The notes beneath the pieces are model-generated. The model had not been told where the DNA came from, ran no database searches, and saw nothing but the letters and a program-made list of their open reading frames with translations. Both the position numbers and the translations under genes were made by a program. From assembly GCA_965116865.1 (NCBI GenBank), contig OZ220727.1, positions 3,038,307 to 3,102,306 of the forward strand: a stretch of DNA of 64,000 nt, read 5' to 3'. The DNA is from Acidimicrobiales bacterium. Lineage in GTDB: Bacteria; Actinomycetota; Acidimicrobiia; Acidimicrobiales; Aldehydirespiratoraceae. This document shows positions 1-7,400 of the stretch, piece by piece. Each line of letters opens with the position of its first letter. Position 1 is the stretch's first letter.

Positions 1-53
1 GGCTGCCATGCCGGTCCCCTGCCCGGCTTCACCTGTCGGCCGCGCTCGCCTAA

Positions 54-188
54 GAGGCCGAGCGAATAGGCGGGCCAGTCCGGATCATACGGGCGAGGCC
101 GTGGCCCGAGCGGCCCGTGAGCGCAGCGAATAAGAGCGGGAATGACACCGCTGCGACACAATCGGCTCTCACCTATTCGCGGACGCTC
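54..188 (-). mobile_element. MITE-like non-autonomous element, copy 1 (135 bp, inverted relative to copies 2 and 3)
   Basis: Its reverse complement is near-identical by eye to 39585-39720 and 49669-49805. Imperfect 23-bp terminal inverted repeats: GAGGCCGAGCGAATAGGCGGGAG and GAGCGTCCGCGAATAGGTGAGAG. Flanked by direct TAA (51-53 and 189-191). Ends 12 nt before the ATG at 201. Confidence 0.75.
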
Positions 189-200
189 TAAGGTTGCGCT

Positions 201-896
201 ATGAAGTCGACGACGGCCGACACGGCGCCGTACGAGTCGCCCGAGTGGCATCCGGCCTTCGAGGAGTACTGCGAGACGATCTTCGAGTTGGCCGAGGACG
301 ACCTGGACGTGATCCAGGCCCGCATCGCCGACCGCTTGGAGATTTCGCGTCCCGCGGTCTCGGAGATGATCCGGCGGATGCAGACCGAGGGCCTCGTCGA
401 GGAGGGGAAGGGCACCATCAGACTCACCCCGCGGGGGCACGCACTGGCCGAGACGGTGGTGCGCCGCCACCGTCTGGCCGAGTGCTTCCTCACCGACATC
501 CTGGGTCTGTCGTGGGCCGAGGCCCACCAGGAGGCGGGCAAGTGGGAGCACGTCATCTCACCGGCGGTGGAGAAGGCCATGATGCGGGTGCTCGAGCAGC
601 CCACGACCTGCCCCCACGGCAACCCCATTCCCGGCTCCGGCTACGAAGCCCCGGACATGGTGACTCTCGACACCCTCGAGGTGGGCCGGGAGTTCACGGT
701 GCAGCGCATTCCGGAGGAGTTGGAGTTCCAACCCGGGATGCTCGAGTTCTTGGAGGAGGCGAGGGTGACTCCCGGATCGACGGGCACCGTCACGGCCCGC
801 TCCCCGGACGGCACGGCCACGCTCGACGTCGAGGGCGGCCCCGTCGGCCTGAGCGACTACGCCGTTTCCCGCATCCTGGTCACCGTGGCCGGCTAG
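201..896 (+). CDS. DtxR/IdeR/MntR-family metal-dependent transcriptional repressor with C-terminal SH3-like (FeoA-like) domain
   Basis: 231-aa ORF starting at ATG. Winged-helix region (ARIADRLEISRPAVSEMIRRMQTEGLV). Dimerisation and metal-site region (RRHRLAECFLTDILGLSWAEAHQEAGKWEHV ... CPHGNPIPG) aligns by eye with IdeR/DtxR. The stop codon TAG (894-896) lies inside an IS630-type terminal repeat. Confidence 0.85.
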   Translation: MKSTTADTAPYESPEWHPAFEEYCETIFELAEDDLDVIQARIADRLEISRPAVSEMIRRMQTEGLVEEGKGTIRLTPRGHALAETVVRRHRLAECFLTDILGLSWAEAHQEAGKWEHVISPAVEKAMMRVLEQPTTCPHGNPIPGSGYEAPDMVTLDTLEVGREFTVQRIPEELEFQPGMLEFLEEARVTPGSTGTVTARSPDGTATLDVEGGPVGLSDYAVSRILVTVAG

Positions 897-1070
897 TGTC
901 CTGAGCGGGGTTCTCGTTGCGTGTGCTCGTTGTAGGCATGTTGTTGTGGTTTCGAGGGTCTTGTTGGTGGTGTCGTGTTGTTCTGTTCTTGTTGTTGGGT
1001 GGGTTGGTGTTTGCGGCTTGAGTGTTTTTGTGTTTTCATGGGTTTCGGTGGTGGTTGTGTTGGGAGGGGT
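894..1070 (+). mobile_element. Solo IS630-type terminal inverted repeat followed by a strongly GT-skewed tract (remnant or MITE; right boundary uncertain)
   Basis: TAGTGTCCTGAG at 894-905 is identical to the first 12 nt of the left end of the intact IS630-family element (22785-22796). Both are followed by G/T-rich sequence. No matching right-hand repeat found. Confidence 0.4.
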
Positions 1071-1926
1071 GCCATCGCAGTATTTGTTTTTCGAGGGCGG
1101 TCAGTAGCAGTACGAGGGTCACGCCGATGAGGGCTAGTGCGAGGACGCTTCCCCAGAGTTGTTCGACGAGCAGTCGGGACTGGGCGACTCGGGCTGCGTT
1201 GCCGAGTCCTTCCTGGGAGTTGAAGAATTCGCCGACTACTGCTCCGACTAGGGCGAGGCCGATGCAGATGCGGCCGGCGGCGAAGAGGTATGGCAGCGAG
1301 TGCGGGATCCTGAGGCGCCAGTAGATCTCCCAGCGGCTTGCGTTGATTGATCGCAGCAGTTCGTGTGTTTCGTTGTCTATCGATCGTAGTCCGGTGAGGG
1401 CGTTGGTCACGAACGGCACCCATGCGAACAGTGCGGCGGTGAGGATTTTCGGCCAGGGCGAGAATCCGAACCACAGCAGGAAGATCGGCACGAGCGCCGC
1501 GGCCGGCGTTGATTGCACGAGCACGATCACTGGGGTGGTCGCGCGTTCCGCGAGCTCGGAGTGGGCCATCCAGGTGGCTGTTAGGAGGGCTGCGAAGAAG
1601 GCGATCCAGAATCCCCAGAACGCTTCTTGGACGGTCACCAGTCCGTTGCGGGAGTAGAAGCCGGGGTTCTCGGCTATGTGGATGATCACGTCGGAGGGCA
1701 GCGGCAGTGTGAGGGGTCGGAGGTCGCGGGCCGCGGCGTAGGTCTCCCAGCCGGCGAAGAAGGCGGTCAGGCCGGCGAGCGGCGCTGTCAGCAGGGCGGC
1801 GCGCCGCAGCGGCCGTTGGGGTGTCTCGGGCGGTTCGTCGGGCGGTTGGTCGGTGTCGGTGCCTGTGTCGTTGCCCGCGTCGGGGTCGGGCGGTCCCGGA
1901 GCGGGTGTCGCGGCCTGGCTTTTCAA
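1036..1926 (-). CDS. ABC transporter permease, NitT/TauT (SsuC/TauC-like) family
   Basis: Only the C-terminal ~296 codons of the 819-aa ORF-track entry are credible. Multiple hydrophobic helices and the cytoplasmic coupling loop (ALTGLRSIDNETHELLRSINASRWEIYWRLRIPHSLPYL). An in-frame TTG at 1926 overlaps the ATPase stop (TTGA), giving operon coupling. The start codon is an inference. Confidence 0.7.
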   Translation of the reverse strand: MKSQAATPAPGPPDPDAGNDTGTDTDQPPDEPPETPQRPLRRAALLTAPLAGLTAFFAGWETYAAARDLRPLTLPLPSDVIIHIAENPGFYSRNGLVTVQEAFWGFWIAFFAALLTATWMAHSELAERATTPVIVLVQSTPAAALVPIFLLWFGFSPWPKILTAALFAWVPFVTNALTGLRSIDNETHELLRSINASRWEIYWRLRIPHSLPYLFAAGRICIGLALVGAVVGEFFNSQEGLGNAARVAQSRLLVEQLWGSVLALALIGVTLVLLLTALEKQILRWHPSQHNHHRNP

Positions 1927-2843
1927 TTCGCCCAGCCTTGTCTCAGCGCTGCGCGCACCTCTTTGAGCGTGTGGTGGTAGTCGTCGCTGTCCTCGGCCTC
2001 GGCGCGGCGGGGCCGGGGCAGGCGCACGTCGATCACCCGGGTGATGCGTCCTGGTCTGGCTCCGAGCACGGCGACCCGGTCCGACAGCACCACCGCTTCG
2101 GGGATGGAGTGCGTCACGAACACCACGGTGCTGCCGGTCTTGCGCCACAGGCGCAGCAGCATGTAGCGCATGTCGGTCCGGGTGATCTCGTCGAGGGCCG
2201 AGAACGGTTCGTCCATCAGCAGCACCGGTGCTCCCAGCGCGAAGGCGCGGGCGATGCTCACCCGCTGTTGGAGGCCTCCGCTCAGCTCGCGGGGCAGCGA
2301 GTCCAGGAAAGGGGTGAGCCCGATGTCGTCGAGCATGGCCAGACGGTCGTCGGCGGGCATGCCCGGGTCGCCCTGGCGGCGGTTGACGTCCGACAGCAGC
2401 GAGACGTTCCTGCGCACTGTCCGCCACGGCAGCAGCGCCGGGTGCTGCGGCACGAAGCCGTAGCGTTTCTGCCGACGGGCCTCGGCGGGCGGCTGGCCGT
2501 TCACGGCGACCGACCCGCGGTCGGGTTCGAGCAGTCCCCCGGCCAGGCGCAGCATGGTCGATTTGCCGCAGCCCGAGGGCCCGATGAGGCTCACGAACTC
2601 CGACGGGCGCACGTCCAGGCTGACCCGCGACAGGGCGTGGACTAGGCGGTGCTTGGGTCTGAACCACTTCGACACCGCCTTGAAGCTGACGGCGGGTTCG
2701 GTCGTGGTCGCGGGTCGGGGCTTGTTGGGGTGGTGTTCGGTGTTTGCGGGGTTGGGGCTGGCGGCGGGTTCGGTCGCGGGTCGGGGCTTGTTTGGGTGGT
2801 GTTCGGTGTTTGCGGGGTTGGGGTTGGTGGTGGGTTCGGTCAT
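1923..2843 (-). CDS. ABC transporter ATP-binding protein, NitT/TauT family
   Basis: Walker A GPSGCGKST, ABC signature LSGGLQQR, Walker B LLMDEPFSALD, H-loop VTHS. The N-terminal 45 aa are a duplicated low-complexity segment. Confidence 0.9.
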   Translation of the reverse strand: MTEPTTNPNPANTEHHPNKPRPATEPAASPNPANTEHHPNKPRPATTTEPAVSFKAVSKWFRPKHRLVHALSRVSLDVRPSEFVSLIGPSGCGKSTMLRLAGGLLEPDRGSVAVNGQPPAEARRQKRYGFVPQHPALLPWRTVRRNVSLLSDVNRRQGDPGMPADDRLAMLDDIGLTPFLDSLPRELSGGLQQRVSIARAFALGAPVLLMDEPFSALDEITRTDMRYMLLRLWRKTGSTVVFVTHSIPEAVVLSDRVAVLGARPGRITRVIDVRLPRPRRAEAEDSDDYHHTLKEVRAALRQGWAN

Positions 2844-2860
2844 GGTCGCGGGTCAGGGTC
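2691..2860. repeat. 66-bp tandem duplication (2 copies plus a partial third) covering the ATPase 5' end, its start codon and the SBP stop
   Basis: gggttcggtcg(tg)gtcgcgggtcggggcttgtt(g/t)gggtggtgttcggtgtttgcggggttgggg repeated. Encodes PNPANTEHHPNKPRPAT twice. The partial third copy contains the ATG (2843-2841). Confidence 0.8.
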
Positions 2861-4160
2861 CGGGCCAGATGAGCGTGGTTCCGTTGTAGAGGCTTGCGGC
2901 GATGTCGGGGTTGACCATGGGTTGCCAGTCGGGTGGCGGTTCGAAAATCCCGGCTTGTGTCAGGGTGTTGATCTCTGCTGCGAGGAGGTCGGTGTCTGGG
3001 ATGCCTGTTCCGGTGTTGGTGGGGGCGAGGTCGGCGATCAGTGATGATTCCACTGCCCATCGGTGGCGTTCTGTTTGTTTGGCGAGGTGCAGCGGGTTGC
3101 CGGCGGCGTCGATGAGTTCGAAGGCGTTGTCGATGGCTGTGTCGGGGTTGGCGGCGGCGAAGGCTTGGCCTCGTATCAGCGCGCGGACTACGTCGGTTAC
3201 CAGGTCTGGGTGGTCGTCGATCATTGATTGGGTGGTGAAGGTCACTCCGAAGCTGGAGGGCACGTCGAAGTCCAGCGGGTCGAGCAGCGTGTGCGGTACC
3301 TCGTTGTTGGTGAGGGTGTTGGGTTCGTTGGATTTGTAGACGGGCAGCGCGTCGATGCCCAGCTCGAGGTGCGCGACCGGGTCGAAGCCGTCGAGCAGGA
3401 CTTCGTCGAAGCAGTTCCGTTCGATGCCTGCCAGCGCGATGGAGGCTTGCAGCGAGTAGGGGAGGTCGCCTTTGATGCCGACGAGGCTGCCGCACAGTCC
3501 GGCGAAGTCGGTGATCTGGCTGTTTTCGGGCACGGCGATCGCCTCGATGGCGGTGCGGCCCCAGTGCAGCAGGGCTACTAGGTCGCCGTCGCCGGCCACG
3601 TTGTTGTTGACGAGCTCGGCGAACGATCCCGACGCGCCGAAGTGGGCTTGGCCCTCTATGACCAGGGCTCCGTTGGAGGGCGCGAACCCGGGCTGGATCT
3701 CGAAGTCGATGCAGAGCTCGTCGAAGTATCCCTGGGCCTCGGCGGTGATGGCGTCGATGATTCCGGCTGCTGCGGCGAAGCCGAATCCGGTCACGAAGGT
3801 CACGGTGCCGGCCTCGCGGTTGGCCTCGCAGCGCGCCGCTGCGGCGTCGGTCGCCGGGCCGGGTCCGGGCTCGCTGGTGGCTGCACCGTCGTCACCGCAC
3901 GCGGCCGCCGCCAGCGCCAGCGCCAGCACGGCCGGCACGGCGGGCCGCCGCGTCCGGCATCTCGATCCCGTCGTTGGTGCAGGCGGTGGTATCCGCAGCA
4001 CGGCTGGCCGCCGCGTCCGGCATCTCGATCCCGCCGTCAGCGCCAGCACGGCCGGCACGGCGGGCCGCCGCGTCCGGCATCTCGTTCCCGCCGCCGGCGC
4101 CGGTGCTGGCACGGCTGGTGGGGGGCGCTGTCGCGTCCGGCGCGGGTTCTTTCGCCTCAT
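2853..4160 (-). CDS. ABC transporter substrate-binding lipoprotein, NMT1/THI5-like (NitT/TauT family)
   Basis: The ATG at 4160 is preceded by GAGGAGG. Lipobox LALALAAAAC followed by GDD. The mature region resembles NMT1/THI5-type periplasmic binding proteins from memory. First gene of the SBP-ATPase-permease operon. The unusually long pre-lipobox region is caused by an internal triplication. Confidence 0.75.
   Translation of the reverse strand: MRRKNPRRTRQRPPPAVPAPAPAAGTRCRTRRPAVPAVLALTAGSRCRTRRPAVLRIPPPAPTTGSRCRTRRPAVPAVLALALAAAACGDDGAATSEPGPGPATDAAAARCEANREAGTVTFVTGFGFAAAAGIIDAITAEAQGYFDELCIDFEIQPGFAPSNGALVIEGQAHFGASGSFAELVNNNVAGDGDLVALLHWGRTAIEAIAVPENSQITDFAGLCGSLVGIKGDLPYSLQASIALAGIERNCFDEVLLDGFDPVAHLELGIDALPVYKSNEPNTLTNNEVPHTLLDPLDFDVPSSFGVTFTTQSMIDDHPDLVTDVVRALIRGQAFAAANPDTAIDNAFELIDAAGNPLHLAKQTERHRWAVESSLIADLAPTNTGTGIPDTDLLAAEINTLTQAGIFEPPPDWQPMVNPDIAASLYNGTTLIWPGP
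3918..4090. repeat. Imperfect ~60-bp triplication of the signal-peptide-coding segment of the SBP gene
   Basis: cagcgccagcacggccggcacggcgggccgccgcgtccggcatctcg(a/t)tcccg occurs at 3918 and 4038, with a partial copy at about 4006-4031. The protein shows SRCRTRRPAV three times. Confidence 0.8.
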
Positions 4161-4361
4161 CTCGCCCTCCTCGAAGCGGGCCGTAGCGGCCGCGCGGTCA
4201 CGACCTCGGGCGCCGACCAGTCTGCCAACGCGCGGCGGGCGCGGCAACGGCCGCGCACGGTCCTGGCGGCGGTCGGCCTGCGGTTTTCCGTCGGCGGCTC
4301 ACGGGCGCGGCGGGGGTCCTGCTCCCGCCGCTGGGGGGGAGGTTGTTGCAACCCCACCAAG

Positions 4362-4401
4362 CTGGTATACAGTCCGGTATACGAGTCTGTATACCAGGAG
4401 G
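4362..4401 (+). promoter_or_regulatory. Triple GTATAC motif and 9-bp-stem hairpin abutting the Shine-Dalgarno of giant gene 1
   Basis: CTGGTATAC (4362-4370), GGTATAC (4376-4382), GTATACCAG (4389-4397). The outer pair are perfect reverse complements. AGGAGG lies at 4396-4401 and the ATG at 4407. Confidence 0.45.
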
Positions 4402-4406
4402 CTGTT

Positions 4407-7400
4407 ATGTCTGAGACACTACCGAGTCGGCTGCTGACGGCGCGCTGGGCCCGCGCGGCGGGCCGCGGCGCTCTCGTGAAGGTGTCGTGCGCGAGGGCCG
4501 CGGCCGCGCTCGTGGCCGTCGCGCTGGTGGCCGTGCTGCTGCCTGCGGCGGTCTCGGCGCAGGCGCTGTCGGATGTCGCCGCGCTCAATAACATCACGGT
4601 GGCCGGCGGGACCTTGTCGCCGGAGTTCTCTGCCGACGTTCATGGCTACCGCGTGGGCGTCGCCCACGACGAGGACCAGGCGACGGTCGGGTTCACCAAG
4701 GGCCACAGCGGCCAGCAGGTGGCCCTCAAGGACGGCTCCGACCAGGACCTCGCCGACGCCGACACCGGCGAGGGCGGCCACCAAGTGGACCTGGCCCACG
4801 GCGCCAACACGGTGAAGCTGGTCGTCACGCCCGAGGACACCGCCGCCGACGCCGCGACCTACACCCTGACCATTGTGCGGGCCCTGCCCGCCGGCGTGGT
4901 CGGGGTGCCTGCAGACTGGGCCCTGAAGCCCGACGGTCTGAGCGCCGGCGACCAGTTCCGGCTCATGCTCGTCACGAGCAGCACACGCGACGCCGCATCG
5001 ACGAGCATCGACGACTACGACACGTTCGTGCGCGGCACGATCACCAGCAACGGCCACGACGCCATCAAGGAGTTCGCCCGGTTCTTCAAAGCGCTGGCCA
5101 GCACCGCTGCGGTCTCGGCCCGCGACCACACGACGACGACGTACACCGACGGCGGCGCCGAAGGCGTGCCCATCCACTGGCTGAACGGTCAGCGCGTCCA
5201 TGCAAGAAACCCCGATGGGGCAGAGCCCAGACTCGTGCCGGTCAACAATTATGAGGAATTCTGGGAGACGAGCGACTCGTGGTATATGAGACCCCGCTAT
5301 GAGACCGGCTCGCGCGCATCGGGCTCCCAAACTCTCATTTGGACGGGCTCTGCGTCAGACGGCAGCCGGATGGAGGGGGCGACGCTGGGCTCGACAGCCG
5401 TGCATACGGGGCATTTCGACCAATCCGTACTATTCAGCCGCCCCTTCAATGAAAGACAGGACAACACATTAGACAACTCCCGTGAATTCCGGATGCTGGG
5501 TTTGTCGGGTGTGTTTCAGGTGGTGGATGTTCTGCCTGCTGCTGGGTTGGCTGCGTTGTCGGTGACCGCGGCGGGCGACTCGGACGACAGGCTGCACGGT
5601 TTTTCTATAGATCACAGTGTCTATCATGGCGGGTTCGGTGCGGGTGTGTCGCGGGCGACGCTGGATTGGACGGCGGTGGATGAGGCCGTGGCGGCAGTGT
5701 CGGTGCTGGACGCGGACGGTGGCGTGCTCGAAGACGCCGACGGCGGGCAGGAGGGCCACCAGGTCGACTTGGAGGAGGGCCTCAACACCGTCACCGTCAG
5801 GGTGGCGCGCACCGACAACAACTTGAGCAGGGAATACACGCTGCATCTGGGGGTCGGCTCGACGGAGCTGGGCGGCTGGCGCGCCGACGACGACATTGAT
5901 TTCTTGTGGAATGTCGACGGCATCAAACCCCGCGGCATGACGGGCACCGTCGACACATTGTGGGTGGCCGACGCGGGCAGCAACAAACTGCTGGCGTTCG
6001 ACCGCTCCGACGGCAGCCGGGAGGCGGGCCGCGACATCATGTTGAGCTCCGCCGACGGAAACGACAAGTTGTGGGGCGGAATCTGGTCCGACATGGTCAA
6101 GGACGGCAGCGATTTCACGGTGAGCGGCACGGTGTGGGTGGCCGACCCCGACAACGACAAGCTCTTCGCGTACAGGATCGATGTCAACGCCGACGGCACG
6201 CCGGGCACGGATCACGGCGGCCGCGACTCCGGCAAGGACATCAAGTTGTCGGGGGGCAACGACAATCCGGAGGGTTTGTGGTCGAACGGTTCGACGATGT
6301 GGGTGAACGACAGCCGCGACCGCAATCTGTACGCGTACCATCTTGGCGGCACCAGTCACGGCGAACGCGACTCGGACAAAGACATCGATGTCTCGAGCTT
6401 GTTCAATGGCAACGAGCGGCCGAAAGGCATTGTCGGCGACGGCACCGCAGTCTGGGTGCTCAACGACTCCAACAACAGGCTGCAGGCGTTCCAGATCGCC
6501 AACAAGCTGCGCAACCAGAGCTGGGATATCCGACTGCACGACAGCCAACACCAACGCTCCGGCAGCAGGCCCTACAGCGCGTGGATCGAAGGCGATGCAA
6601 TCTACGTGGACCGCGGCAACAAAGCATCCTCCAAGGTCTTCGCCTACAACACCACCCACGACACGTCGCTGTCCAGCGTCGCCCTTTCGGGCCTGACGCT
6701 GACGGGCAGCGACTCCAGCGCACTCACGCTCAACCCGACGTTCGCGCCCGGCGTCACCTACTACGAGACGACCGATCCGTACGTCGGCGACAAGGTGACG
6801 GTAGCCGCCGTCGGTTCCCACGTCGGCGCCGGGGTCAAGGTCGCCCCCGCCGACGCCGACAGCGTCGAGACCGGCCACCAGGTCGCCGTTATGTTCGACC
6901 GCACCCACATCGAGGTCACAGCAACAGCACCGAGCGGGTACATCGAGTCCTATCGCGTGCTTGTGAGCGTCGGCGAGGTACAGGCTCTCAACGACTGGGC
7001 CCTCAAGCCACAGGGCCTCTCGGTCGGCGACCGGTTCCGTACCGGCGACTGGAACGTGTTCAAGTCGGTGACGGTGGCTGCGGGCGCTGATGCTGTCATT
7101 GCCGATGAGGCGGTGACGTTGCGCTATGCGGCGTCGGGCGACGGCTACGACGTGTCGGGTGATGTGGCGGTGACTGCCGCCGACGACACGGGCGCGCTGG
7201 TGTTCGTCGACGCTCCAGTGTCTGTGATTGAGGGCCGCAGCGCCTTTTATGGGGTGAAGTTGTCGGCTGAGCCGTCGGGTTCTGTGTCGGTGTCGGTGGC
7301 TGCGGGCGGTGATCTGGTGCTGTCGTCCGGGTGGGTGGGTTCGGTGTCTGTGCTGTCGTTGGCGTTCACGACGGGTGACTGGAATGTGTTCAAGTCGGTG

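Noticed and set aside
54-188. The three ~136-bp repeats as a riboswitch or other cis-regulatory RNA (two copies precede Met/Cys genes)
   Set aside because: Nucleotide identity among copies is far higher than expected for paralogous riboswitches. They have terminal inverted repeats, TAA target duplications and an adjacent empty site. I could not match the SAM-I/II/IV/VI, SAH or cobalamin cores. A regulatory side-effect is retained only as a hypothesis.
189-207. IdeR/DtxR iron-box-like sequence TAAGGTTGCGCTATGAAGT overlapping the repressor's own start codon
   Set aside because: Only the left half-site (TAAGGTT) and centre match the TWAGGTWAGSCTWACCTWA consensus. The right half is absent, and the TAA is the MITE target duplication.
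1927-3495. N-terminal ~520 codons of the 819-aa minus ORF (1036-3495)
   Set aside because: They run out of frame across the ATPase and SBP genes and give Arg/Pro/His-rich translation. Only the C-terminal permease part has transmembrane and ABC-permease features.
3642-4406. Upstream 255 codons of the 5438-aa ORF-track entry
   Set aside because: They overlap the well-supported minus-strand SBP gene and translate to Arg/Gly-rich nonsense. A canonical AGGAGG-N5-ATG followed by a signal peptide occurs at 4407.
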